Shown here: positions 10,001 through 21,764 of the stretch, one piece after another
Numbering within the stretch: position 1 is the stretch's first letter
Layout: each line of letters begins with the position of its first letter
Assembly: GCA_002269645.1 (NCBI GenBank)
Contig: NIVC01004991.1
Location: 1 to 29,256, forward strand
Direction: 5' to 3'
Source of the DNA: Macrostomum lignano
Lineage: Eukaryota
DNA: 29,256 bases
Translations under genes and position numbers: made by a program
The notes under the pieces: generated by a model
The model's input: the letters and a program-made list of their open reading frames with translations, nothing else
Databases searched by the model: none
Told to the model about the DNA's origin: nothing

Positions 10001-11754
10001 GGTAAAATCAGGTAATAGAAAGTGGTAAAATCAATTATTAGGGGTATAGGGGTGAAGTTATGTGTGATTATACGAGAGTTGACAAAAAACAAATATACAA
10101 CTTTAAGCGAGAGGGGAGAGAGCGCAATCTGTGTCATACTGCCATAAAAGTCAGAAAAAATAATAATTCTAATAATAATAATAAATAACAATTATTTTCA
10201 TCTGGTATATTGTTTATTATTACAGCTATATCAACATCCATCCTCCATTACACAGCCGAGTGTTTTTCGTTTCAAGCCGTAGCCAGCGGATGAGTTTCAC
10301 TCTCATGGACAGACGCGGAACAAGCATATTTGAGCACTTACTCGTATTCACGTGTAAGCTAAATACGAGTAACATTTTTATTGACTCGGTTGAATTTTTT
10401 ATCGAAGTGTATACAAACTATACTAATGACCCGTGTCCTTAATGAAGTTTTCGTCTTAATAGTCTTAATTTAAGCTTTGTGTCCTCTGTTGCCTCCTTAT
10501 CTTCATTTGTAAAGAATATTAGAATATCCAATTAAGTGAGCCTGTTCAAGTATTTTACTCTTAGCACTGAACTGATCAAATAAAAAATAAGCTCAGATAT
10601 GCAAGCAGATAGCTTAGTAAGTTACTCGTTGCTAGTTAATAAGAAGGTAACGTTCGTTACTTCGTTACCGCTTATCAAAAAATTACCGATATATTGAAAT
10701 TATATTAGTTAAAATGATCATAAAGTTTTTTTGGTAGCAGAAAAAGAAACAAAGCTTATTTTCAATTTCAAGTCAACTAAGGTATCCTATTTTATTTACT
10801 GCTCTACAGATTCGATTAAACGTACAGAAAGAAGCTTGTTTTGCCTACTGAAAGCAGCTAGTAGACTTGTTAGCATCGTGTTTTAATCGATCTCAATCAA
10901 ACGGAAAAGTAACTCTAAAGTAACAAGTACTTATCGCTACTTAGTTTCTGGCACCGATAATAGAATGACTAAGGTATGCCACTCAAAAAATGCGCTCATT
11001 TACTCTCTAAGTATAGCGACAATAGTTTTTGCACTTAAACTTGTAAAACTAATAAATTTTACAAGACTTCTGACTTTCTGTAAGCAGAGTCTCACCAAAC
11101 CCATTAATTGTCCTAGATTCTAAGTGATTTTTTATGAAATCCTAAAGGTCTTAAAGACTGAAGATAGCGCTCTTGATACCAGCAAGGCTGATGAAATTGT
11201 TACCTTATTTTCCTACTATTGTTTTTGTTGACGTTTATTTTCCTAAGAATTTATGTCATAAAATGTTGCTACTTCGTCCATCTCTGATACATGTATACGC
11301 GATTGCGATTTTTATGTATCCATTGATATGTTATACTATATGTTATATGTTATATCAACTCAACAGTGACATGAAAAGTTTTTAGTTCAGACTATTCTGA
11401 ACATTTTTCTTTAAATTTTATTAGTAAGCATTAGTAGCGGAAAGTTAAGTTGATACTATGCTTAGTTTTGTGTTTATGATTTTATTTTATGTCGTAGCTT
11501 AACCTTTTCATGTAACGTTTTTTGCGTCTTGCATGCAGCCTTCTACATCTCTGTCAGATTCTTACAATAAATATGCCGCGCACAGCTGAATGAGTATCTA
11601 CTAAATTCAATAGAAAAATTAATTGGTTCATTTTTGATGTCATTTTTTTTCATATAAAACTAGTATAATACTCGTAATAATAAAAAACTGATTTACCTGA
11701 CCAACTGCCCGGAAAGTGCCCGTCAACATAAGCTCATAAAGTTCATAAGCTCAT

Positions 11755-12040
11755 GAGCCCGAGTAGCCTATGCACAAAAATGACACGTCATTCTGCTCAC
11801 AGTAATACCGGGAAGCTGGGTTTGGCAATAAGAGGGACACAAATTGGACTTAAGAGAACGAGCAAGGGGATGGTTAGGGATTATTATGTCAACCTAAGCT
11901 CATAAAGTAGAGTCCCTAATTATCCCATTGCTTGTTTTTTCCTATCCCAAGTCGAATTTGCATCGCTCTTTTTGCCAAACCTAGCTTCCTAGTGTCATTG
12001 TCAGTAGAATATTATTTGTGTACATAACTTACTCGGGCTC
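11755..12040. mobile_element. Foldback/MITE with long imperfect inverted arms
   Basis: Arm 11755-11880 (gagcccgagta...ggaagctgggtttggcaa...ttaggga) is the imperfect reverse complement of 11913-12040 (tccctaa...ttgccaaacctagcttcc...tactcgggctc). Confidence 0.8.
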
Positions 12041-12505
12041 CACTTTATGATCCTAAGTTAACAGCCCATTTAAAGTGCCAAATGGAAAGATGTGTAAATT
12101 TTTATGCAGCGTTCTAGCCTACTTTTCAAGCTTTGAAGTACGTATAGGTTTTAGTTCAGCCAATTTGCCAAGAAAATGAGCCCACGAGCGTATATTTTGT
12201 CCTTATTAGGTATACAATGTATACGCAGTTTGCTAGGGACGATTTAAAGCCGTTCTTTCTACGTTGTTGATATACGAGCTATTACAACTGCTGTGTAAAG
12301 TAATTTCGATGGCATATGATATAGAAAATTCATAAAGCTGCTGAAGCTTCTTAAATCCAAGTAGTGATGTTTCTTTTGATAGTTATTTTCTCTTTAATAT
12401 TTGGTAGGATTTGTTTATAGATTTCTCTAGCAACTATTGAACACATATGGGTATTAATTTCAATAAATTGAAGGCTAACCGGTTGCTTTAAATTGTTTTC
12501 TTTGC

Positions 12506-14104
12506 ATGCCGAAAATGTCAAGTGAACAGCAAATCTGCATTGCTAGATCCTGCGATCGTCCGGCTGAAGACACGAGTCCATACTCTGGTTTTGCTTTCTG
12601 TCGGCAGCATCTTGCCACTGAGATTCAGCGTCTAGAGAAACGACAACAAGAACTGCTAGATAAGCTTGACAAACTTAGCAACTGTTCAGAAAGACAGGCA
12701 ATGCGTCTTGGTCAACAAGTTTTGATTGTTGAGATGCAGGAGATTACAGACATGTTTGAAGCTGTTCATAATAGACTGCACCAGTGGAAGGATCGGTTGG
12801 TGTCGCATGTGCAAAAGATCCATGACAATATTGCTACCACGCTTAAGGATGTAGACGAGGCCGATGCTTGTAAGCAGGAACTAATGCAGGCTCGGGATTC
12901 GGGACAGCTGCGCAAAGTGATGGAGCTTGTTGTTTCCATGGAATCATTCGCTGATGACGCTATGGACCGATTGCCAGAGCATGAAGAACTTCGAGCCGAA
13001 TTGAAGCAAGATGCTCCCAATCGAATCATTGGCGATGTGTCAGTTGGAGTACAGCAGCTTCAGTTCAAGATCGATCGACATTTCACAGATTTGACACAGC
13101 ACTGTAAGCTTAAAGACATGCCTTCTGATGACTCACCGCAGTGCAATGTGTGCAAGTTCGATAGCACTGTCTCCGAGCTTCCAAGTGGACCTCGGTACAT
13201 AACTTTGTGTCAAAACACGAAAAATTATGCTGCCAACCATACAGGAGTGATTATTCCTGCTAAACAAGCTGATAAGAGAAGTTTAGAACTGCCAGAACAG
13301 TGCTTATTTATAGCATTTGATAGGAACAAGGCGGATTATTTGTTGGTGATATCACTAAACAGACGTGATTCTATCGATGAGCTAAAGTATCGCTGCGAAC
13401 AGTTTAACTGGAGCAAGGACATATATGGCATTCATTGCGACAGCAATCGGCAGCAGCTGTTTATAGCTCAGGATCACGCTGTGACAGTGACAGACCTGTG
13501 TGGCCGAATTGTTAGAGTGGTGACTTCTGATCTGTTCGGTTGGCCTGTTGGAAAGATTTCTGGAATCTCTTGCAACGGAGACAAAGTTTTTGTGCTAGTG
13601 TTGGGCAGCCGCAACCAGAAGGTGCATTCATTTAGCAAGAACTCCGGAAATTTGGAGTCCAGCCTTGATTTAAAAGGCCATTTTGATGGCGACTTGCGCA
13701 AAATCTGCCTGCAAGAGAGCAAGATTTGGCTAGCTGATTGGAAATACCCGAAAGTTTACAAAGTTTGCGGCATTTCTGGGAAGTTAATTGAAACCATTGA
13801 TTGCATTGAATCATGTGTTGGTGATATTAAGAAAACGAAATTTTCGCCAATACACATTTGCACTGATGACAGAGGCCTTTTGTTTGCTAGCCTGATGTCG
13901 GCAAATAGCGTAGAAATTTTTGTTGGAGATTCCGTTATTATTAAGTTTCTGGTAGATTTCAACATCGAAGGCGAAGAAAACGACGACTGCTTTGATCGCC
14001 CGGCAGACATGATCATTTTTAACGACGAGACAAAGAACTGCAAGAAGTTAATAGTTTGCGATTATGCTAACGAGAGGCTCTGTATTTTCTTGCTTTCCAC
14101 TTAA
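12506..14104 (+). CDS. ZnF-coiled coil-beta-propeller paralogue 2 (intact, intronless, 532 aa; may start at ATG 12515); RING-less TRIM-NHL-like architecture
   Basis: Long ATG-initiated ORF with an N-terminal C-x4-C-x15-C-x2-H motif, a helical heptad-like region at about aa 35-190, and a beta-rich C-terminus ending in an NHL-like DRPADMIIF...LIVCDYANERLCIF. Confidence 0.9.
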   Translation: MPKMSSEQQICIARSCDRPAEDTSPYSGFAFCRQHLATEIQRLEKRQQELLDKLDKLSNCSERQAMRLGQQVLIVEMQEITDMFEAVHNRLHQWKDRLVSHVQKIHDNIATTLKDVDEADACKQELMQARDSGQLRKVMELVVSMESFADDAMDRLPEHEELRAELKQDAPNRIIGDVSVGVQQLQFKIDRHFTDLTQHCKLKDMPSDDSPQCNVCKFDSTVSELPSGPRYITLCQNTKNYAANHTGVIIPAKQADKRSLELPEQCLFIAFDRNKADYLLVISLNRRDSIDELKYRCEQFNWSKDIYGIHCDSNRQQLFIAQDHAVTVTDLCGRIVRVVTSDLFGWPVGKISGISCNGDKVFVLVLGSRNQKVHSFSKNSGNLESSLDLKGHFDGDLRKICLQESKIWLADWKYPKVYKVCGISGKLIETIDCIESCVGDIKKTKFSPIHICTDDRGLLFASLMSANSVEIFVGDSVIIKFLVDFNIEGEENDDCFDRPADMIIFNDETKNCKKLIVCDYANERLCIFLLST

Positions 14105-14493
14105 ACCGATGGATCAAGCTTAGCTCAAGTAAAGCGGTTATTGACCGAAGAATGTGAATATCGTAACTCGTCGTTTGTAACAGTTTTCTCAAAACACATT
14201 CTTTTACTTGAAGATATATGTATACCTAATATTTCATTTATAAATTTTATAAATATTTATATTAATCTTAATTTTGGTGCTTGCTTATCTTAAATCTTTT
14301 TAATTGCAAGCAGAATGTTCAATCGCCATAGCGTACAGAATTTTTCACGTTTTTTGCTACGCTGCATTTTTACATATCTATTGTACTTTCAGTACCGCAT
14401 GGCAAGTGTTTGTCGTATTTAACAGTTAAAATTTATTTCTTTATTTATTAGTAATCGTTACACATTGTTTTTTGGTTCCAAGTAGCTCGTACT

Positions 14494-15507
14494 TATACTC
14501 AGCAGCAGTCAAAAGTGCTATCCAACTTCCACTTCTCAATTAAAATTCAACCCACGAGTTTTACGTAACTATGTAGCCAAGTCAAGGGACAGTAACAGGG
14601 TAACAGTCTATCTCAATAGAGTGCTTTATTTTTAGTTTTTTTCGGTAATGTAGGAAAATAGCCAAATCAATTTGCAAAATTACCGATTCGGAGTTACCAA
14701 AGACCAAGTTAAGTGCATCATAGTTAATTTAAGTAGCAGAATCGTTTGGTTCTGTATACTTTTTATGCCCATGTACTCTGCCAAGCGCAGGCAGTCTTCT
14801 CTTTGCTCAAGTGCGTCTTTCAATCGCTGCTTAATCCTCAGCGGATATTCTGGCTCGGGCGGCAGCCATTTACTGTTGAGTTGGCATTGTCCCACCAGGT
14901 TTGGCCTTTTGTATCCATCGTTGTCACTGCGCAACAGATTAGCGCTCTTATTGGCTAATTTACAATTTGAACTGGTGTTTGCACTTGACTTGGTTAGATA
15001 ATTAACTGGTTTTTGACCTTGCATTGTTATAGTATCCTCAGGAGAATTTTTATAACAAAAAACATCAGCCCTAAAGGCCAGCTATATCGCCTAAGATATC
15101 TGTATCTCCTTTGAGCTTTGGCATCAACGCCTCCCTTTAGGCCATTATTTAATCCTATTTCTCCCTTCGATCTACCTTTGGCTTGGCCTACCAAAAACTT
15201 CAAAATGAACCTTCTAAATGAAACTTCCAAATATCTCATTAACACTCCCTAAACCGCCACAGCATTTCAGCAATTCCCCCATAAGCTTTGACATGTCAGG
15301 GATCCTCCCTGAGAGCCTCAGCAGATTTGGCTATTTGCCAGATAAACTGAATTTTATGCATTTGGGATGTGGAACTTAAGTTGGATATAGTACTACGTGA
15401 CCGAAAATGCCTATAAAGTGTGTACAGTTTTTGTAAGCTATCTAAAGTGCAAAATTTTCGACTTGCGTGAAGGGTAGCACTAGCACTTTTGACTATTGCT
15501 GAATATA
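14494..15507 (-). mobile_element. Internally deleted Tc1/mariner (IS630-like) DNA transposon, about 1014 bp
   Basis: TIR TATACTCAGCAGCAGTCAAAAGTGCTA (14494-14520) versus the reverse complement of 15481-15507: 24 of 27 identical, with TA flanks. Contains ORF 14680-15024. Confidence 0.75.
14680..15024 (-). pseudogene. 114-aa ORF, probable N-terminal HTH remnant of a Tc1/IS630-type transposase
   Basis: ATG in ACAATG context. YPLRIKQRLKDALEQREDCLRLAEYMGIK resembles recalled transposase HTH segments (Y..D.R.RI..A.E..E.Y..IA..LGV). No DDE domain follows. Lies inside the TIR pair, with AATAAA on the minus strand at 14625-14630. Confidence 0.5.
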
Positions 15508-16588
15508 CGCGCCAGAAAATTCAAGATTTTCTGTCGTTGTGGTGCTACTAAACTTAAGACACAATAAGTACGTCGTAAAATATTAGACTCATTTACTCGC
15601 CATATATTTTTGTAGGGTCCCACCTCGAGAACAAACTCTATGTGCCTTGCGTCCTATTGTCATGCAACTATATAGTCCATTGTGTAATAATTTACGCATG
15701 CTCAACATCTGCATCGTAGCTCTCGTCATTGAGGCACAGTGCTTTTCGAAAGCTGTAAATCTTACACTGCGTCCCATTGCTAGCCGTGTGTGCAGGCCTA
15801 AGTTGTCTCGTCTTGTTTGTGGGGTTGTTTGAAAGGCTCATTTACAGGTATATAACTTTAAGTGAGTTGTGCGTACTTTTACGCTTAGAATTCACTCGTA
15901 ATTAAAATAAAGCAAGTGTATCTTGCTTCTCTTGCTTGTATTTTTTGTGTGCTTATTATTGTAAAATTAATTCTTTTGGCGCTTTTGCAGCATGTTTAAT
16001 AATAATTTGATAAGTTTAATACCGAGTGAAAAAGTTTGCTTAAAAGTTCGGAATGCTTGTGCTTTTATTTTGATTCAACTCCAAACTTCTTTAGCTGTGT
16101 ATTTCAACATCTAGCTAGGTTATTGCAATATTAAATGAAGTTTTAGTATATGTTTGCCTTTATAATAGATCGTCCACTGAAAAGTTGCAAAGATTTACTT
16201 TGATACCTTAACTAATTGTAGCTCGTATCTAACTGATAGCTAAATAGAACTTCCAATGTGTGTACTAAACTTGTGTGCTTCGAATGGTTAAGACCAAAAG
16301 GACTAAAAACTGAGAAACTGTTTGTGGCCTATTGCAAGGTCTAAACTCACTTTAAGACTCTAATGTACGAGCTCGTAGAAGCACGCAGGAGTTCCCTGAA
16401 ATTGTCTACTAGCTAGCCGCCCTGACCCCTGATCCTTGAGATGAGATACTCGTAGAGCTGGTAGAGTTGCAGTGTGGTGACAATATAAGATGTCGCCTAC
16501 TGATTACTTGTACTTGCATTGGTTCAGACTAATTACAGAAAAATGATTGAATTTTTGTTTATATTCATGCCGGACGCTAACCGCAGCC

Positions 16589-17650
16589 ATGTCCAGCGAT
16601 ACCCACCGCATGTGCATTGTCAGATCCTGTTACCAAGCGTCTGATAGCGTGAGTCCTTATTCCGGATTCGCTCTGTGTCAGCAACATCTTGGTAGCGATC
16701 TTGAACGGCTTGAACAGAGAGAAACTGAAGTTTTAAATAAACTGAATACTGTCGCGGCTAATTCGGAGAAGCAAACTTTTCGACTAGAACAGCAAGCGAT
16801 TCAAATAGAAATGCAAGAAATTGACGACATGTTTGAATCTGTGCAGGCGAGGCTCCAGCTGTGGAAAGAGCAGCTGGTTTCCAGTGTCCAACAGATCCAC
16901 GATGCATTTGCTAGTAGGCTGAGAGATGTCGCCGATGCTGAGCATTGTCTGAAAGACATTCATTCGGCACGGTCCAACGGGAAGTTGCGCAAAGTGATGA
17001 AGCTAATACTGTCTGTTGAAAGCTTTGCCGATGAAGCCGTCGATAGATCGGCAATTTTTGACGACTTTCGAGCAAGGCTTCGTGAAATTACAATGGAACG
17101 CGATAAGGATAATGACTCTGATGACGATGATGGTGATGAAGATGAAGACGAGTCTTCGAAAACTACTATCTATCGATGCATTGGTGATGTGTCATCTGAG
17201 GTGCAGATGCTACAATCACTGATTGACAAGCATATGCATAGTGTAATGGAGTATTGCCAAATTGACGGCGAATCGCCAGACAAGCCAGTTTGTCCGCCTT
17301 TAAAGCAGTCAATTACTCTTCCAGGAGAGCCGCGTTATCTAACTCTGTGTACGAACACAAGTGGATACGTGTGCAACATGAATGACTGCGTGGTTTCGCT
17401 CAAGTCTGTTGCGAACGCCTCTTATCGAGAATTACCAATGCCTACTATCTTTGTTGCGCTAAGGCCAGGTAGCAGTTCTTTACTGCTGGGCGTTTCTTTT
17501 AACATGCGTCGCAAGTTTAAACTAATCTGCGAAAAATTCGACTGGAACAAAGCTATTACCGGCCTTCATTGTGACAATTTGCGTCAGAGATTATTTTTAG
17601 CTCAGGAGCACGCAGTGACAGTGTCAGATTTGACAGATTTGTGTTTTTGA
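16589..17650 (+). pseudogene. ZnF-coiled coil-beta-propeller paralogue 3, C-terminally truncated (353 aa)
   Basis: ATG 16589 (MSSDTH); same zinc-finger motif and coiled coil; acidic insert DNDSDDDDGDEDEDE. Homology to copy 2 ends at AVTVSDLTDLC, where copy 2 continues for about 200 aa. Confidence 0.85.
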
Positions 17651-20404
17651 ATTGTATAATCCTATACTTCCATCTTAGGAATACGTCGAAAAGCATTAGT
17701 TTATCGACGCCTAGTTGCTTTAGCTTTGTTTGTTAGTGTTTGAAGTCTAGCTTTACACTGTATACTCGTACTTTTATTAAACCTAAATATGATACTTGTA
17801 CTTCGAAGCAGTGCCCTGCTGTTCCTTGACTCTGGTTGTTGTTTTTTTATTCACATTATCTGCTTCTAAGTTTAGTCCGCCAAAAATATCTAATTAGCGA
17901 AGATACTAAACAAACAAAACAGTACTTGCGATTCTGAAAAAGATATTTAAGGCGGAATGGTTAATAAAAAGACGACTGAATGATTAATTGTTAATCGTTT
18001 ATAAAAAGTATTTTGTTATAACAAGTTAAACACACTTATTTTGATAAAAATTGTCGAACCAAGCGCCATCTGAGTGCCATTAAAAGCGCGCGAGTATGAT
18101 AATTTCTGAACTTGTTTTTAGAAAACCACAGCTAACTTTCTTTAAATCTTCCAGCTAAGCGTCATGTACATCCTGGCCTATTCTATGTTGAAATATCCTT
18201 TGAATTTTACTAATAGGTTTCATTAATACCAATTCAGGCATTATATCATTATTGTTGATTTTTAGTATGAGTCGAAATCATAAGCTGCTGTATCTTGCGT
18301 TTGCTATGCATACTTGCTTATTTACGAGCGTATTTGTTTTTTTGTTGATCGAAAACTGTATTTTTCGCTCTTTTAGAATTAGACTATACTAACTATGGGG
18401 GGTAACCTAATAATTAAGCGTTTCCTATTTATTTTTGTTTGCTAATTAATCTTGTGTAAATTTTAATTATGGGCCCGATTTGTTAGTTTTGATTGCTACA
18501 GTACATGCTTCTATTACTGTAGCATTTAAATACATTGTGACGGGGGACTTGTGGAAAACTTCATTGTTTTACTATCATTTTTACTATTAGTAGACTACTA
18601 CATAAGTGTATCATATTTTGTATGAATTCTGTGTACATTCATTGAATCGGCTTTTATATGTCGGCAAGTGATGAATTTTTAACAAATCAATAATTTTGCC
18701 CAGCGCCCATCGTAACTCTCAGCCAATTACAATTCGCTGTATCATCTATCGTTTTATATTAACTGTTCGTTTTTCGTCGCTACTCTAAATAAAATAAAAT
18801 AAACTTGGCCAACTAAGCAAGCAAAATATATCAATTCAATTGAATATTGGACTGCGCTATACTTGCATTTTTCTTCGGTCTTGTTCTGCCAAGGACTGCC
18901 AGATTAAATTGTCACAACATATATGATTTCAACGTACGTTTTTTCACATTTTTACTGTGCACTCAAGTGCTATTACAAAGATATAGTCACTTACATGGCA
19001 GTTACATGTAAGTTTTTGCTTTGTTTAACTTTTTTACTAAACAGTTAGATAAAAATGTGCACGTACAGTTCAGTCCAGATCGATCTTGGCTCGCGCGTCC
19101 GCTCTGCAGCTTTTACCTGGGCTTCACGCTCGTACATGTAGCTATAACTCAATTCTTACCTAATTCATGCCACAGAACGACTAAATAAATAGAAATACAA
19201 GGATCATATTAAAGGATCTGAATAGGGCCGCATATATCAAATAAGCCCGCAGAAAGCACTCAGATTTTGATTGATACATCGACCTACATGTAGATTGATA
19301 CGCGTACTTTTCAACTATACAGCTGCATAAAAATGGACCAGGAAGGTGATTTAATGTGAACTTATACCGTGCCCACAACTACTGAGGAAAAAACAGCATT
19401 CTTTCTGTTTAATTACTCGTGTACATGTACAATATAAACAGCTAGTAGTTAAAGTCTGCAGAGCTCTGCTCAGTGCTTACGGTCCCAATGCCTAAATGAG
19501 TGTTAACATCACCGATTCCATTAAAAGTGTAGGAATGGGAATAGGAATAGGACTAGTAATAAGGAATTTAGTCAGAATTATTGCTTAATCAATTATTGCA
19601 CAGCTCCCCACTGCATTTACATGATCCATGCATATGGCGACGCCAAATGATGGAGCTGAGTATTTGTTACTCGCCACACTGCACCTCACCGATCGCGTAC
19701 ATTATACATGTGTAAGCACCACTGCAGTGGCAGTTTTAAAAACATTACGGTAATGCCGCCATTTTCATGCAGTTAGCACTACAAATACTCTGACATTGAA
19801 ACTTATTTGATAGTATTGTAATTTTACAAGTCGAAATTAATTATTATTGCTAGTATTATAATGCATGAGTATTCTAAATGTCAAACTCTAAAGTTGGTTT
19901 ACAAAATTACTGTTTTGTTAAAGTTTGTTTTTTCTTTAAGGGGTTTTTAATTTTCTTTATTTCTTATAAAATCGTGTTTCCTGTAAAGCGTTAGCAAGTG
20001 AATAGGGTAGGAAAGAATTGGAGTAGTGCACATTGTGCTTGCGCAAGCAGTGTATTTGTATTATAGGCTTCTTGTCGGGATAATTTAATTTGCCTATAAA
20101 AACTCTTTATTTGACCTATCTAGTCTATTGTTTACCGAGTAAATTAATTAGGACATACACCGACACCGAGTCACCGACTTACTACCTATATTGAACTTGA
20201 ATGAACATTAGGCCTAATTAAAATAGTAAAATATTCAATAAATCCCATATACTTAATCAAACGTAACGACGAACGGGATAATTTAAGCTGCACCTTAAAT
20301 TTTTGGCTTGGTGTTTTCAGTTCTAGGATGGTTTTGTAGGATGAGTTTTTCTTTGTGACCAGTGACCACTGACCACCCAGTTAAAAGCCTTTCTGACTAG
20401 TCTA

Positions 20405-20539
20405 ATGCCTGAGCAAGTTGTTCGAATTGGTGTGACAGATTTTGTCACATATACATATGAAGATTTGCAGGATGCAACCAACAGTAGATTCATTCAAAAA
20501 ATATTACAACTAAGGAAAACTGTGGATTCAATTTCTTAT
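20405..20539 (+). CDS. ASAP1: ASAP-family ArfGAP, first coding exon (N-terminus/BAR domain)
   Basis: MPEQVVRIGVTDFVTYTYEDLQDATNSRFIQKILQLRKTVDSISY resembles recalled ASAP1 MPDQISVSEFIAETTEDYNSPTTSSFTTRLHNCRNTVTLLEE. GTATGT donor at 20540. Likely acceptor(s) at 20319-20326 imply an upstream UTR exon. Confidence 0.85.
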
Positions 20540-20720
20540 GTATGTCAATTTTTTTATTGCCTAATTTTTTATATACAACCCATTTTACCTTTTTGACTAT
20601 TGCCTAAGCAATAAATAGGGCCCTATCTTTTTATGACAGTATGACATGAATCCTTATTAATATTCGGCTAGAGCCTAGGTATGTTACAAATTTGAATATC
20701 AAAAGAATATGCTATTATAT

Positions 20721-21207
20721 GCCTGGATGGAATTCTTGCAGAAAAATCACAACGCGTTATGCAATTGAGCGAAAAAAATGCGATTTTGCATAAAAAAATC
20801 CAGAAAAAATGTGTTGCAGAATTTCAGACAAAATTTCTAATTCTTAATATATGCAAAAGTGCGCTTGAGATATTGGATTTTGCAAAAGATAATCTTACCA
20901 GCTAATATCACAAAGAAAAATAAAAAGTAAAAACTAAATAAGGCACAAAAGTAAAAATTCAAAAAAAATTCTATAAAAAGTAGAAACTCGTAACATTCTC
21001 TAACATTCATATTTGGACAAAAATTCAAATTACTACATTATCTTAGAATGCATTTTTCATTATTGTCTTTCGTTATTTTGTTATTTCGTTATTTTGCAAT
21101 GTGCTAAGTACCAAAATAAAAAATGCGACCAATAAAAAATATTTTGCGTGCCATAAAAAATCGCATAATTCCATTTGACTTAAGAAATACAAGAATTCCA
21201 TCCTGGC
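20721..21207. mobile_element. 487-bp MITE in ASAP intron 1 with an apparent 6-bp TSD
   Basis: GCCTGGATGGAATTCTTG (20721-20738) versus the reverse complement of 21190-21207, GCCAGGATGGAATTCTTG: 17 of 18 identical. ttatat flanks at 20715-20720 and 21208-21213. Confidence 0.8.
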
Positions 21208-21764
21208 TTATATGCTTATTTTATTATACGCAATTTTGAATTTTTCAAAAAAAGAATTCTTGCATAAAAGTTATTATGCCTCTATGTGTGCTTTCAAATT
21301 TGTCTACAGGTGTATGTTGAAAATGGGCCTACCTGCTTGCATACTTTAAAAATATATATATAGTACTTATGTACATTTGTACAAAAAGCTATTTGCTACA
21401 TAATTATAATGCATAGGCCTACAATACAGTTATAGTAATAGTAACTTCTATATTTCTTCAGTTTACCTTGTGCTCTTGATTGTTTACTTTCTTATGAAAT
21501 TTAGTCTAGACTTCTCTCTCTTCCTATTTTCATTCTGATTAGTTTTCACTTTAACTTCCTAGCCTTTTCTATCCTTTTATTCCATTTGTATAGCTAGCCC
21601 CCTTCTTTTTGTATGCTCAAATTAAAAGCCAACTTCTCAGTTCTTAATGCCCTAAACCCTAATTACTTCTTTTATTTTTAACCAAAATGTCAATATTCAA
21701 ATCTTAATCTATTTTAAATCTTTACCCTACATCAAAGTGACTAATTAATATTTCAATTATCAAT

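Noticed and set aside
10609-10940. Degenerate inverted repeats (tagc..taagt.act.gtt)
   Set aside because: Too diverged to define ends or a TSD; possibly an old MITE.
6557-14043. Short minus-strand ORFs opposite the paralogues (6557, 6860, 7090, 12766, 13474, 13632, 13756)
   Set aside because: Antisense shadows of real coding sequence.
14740-14850. Death-domain-like reading of DCLRLAEYMGI
   Set aside because: The position inside TA-flanked TIRs and the preceding RIKQRLKDALEQ fit a transposase HTH better, and the ORF is too short for a full death fold.
15027-15832. ORFs 15027-15245, 15589-15777 and 15647-15832
   Set aside because: Short, with no recognisable motifs; the first lies within the deleted transposon.
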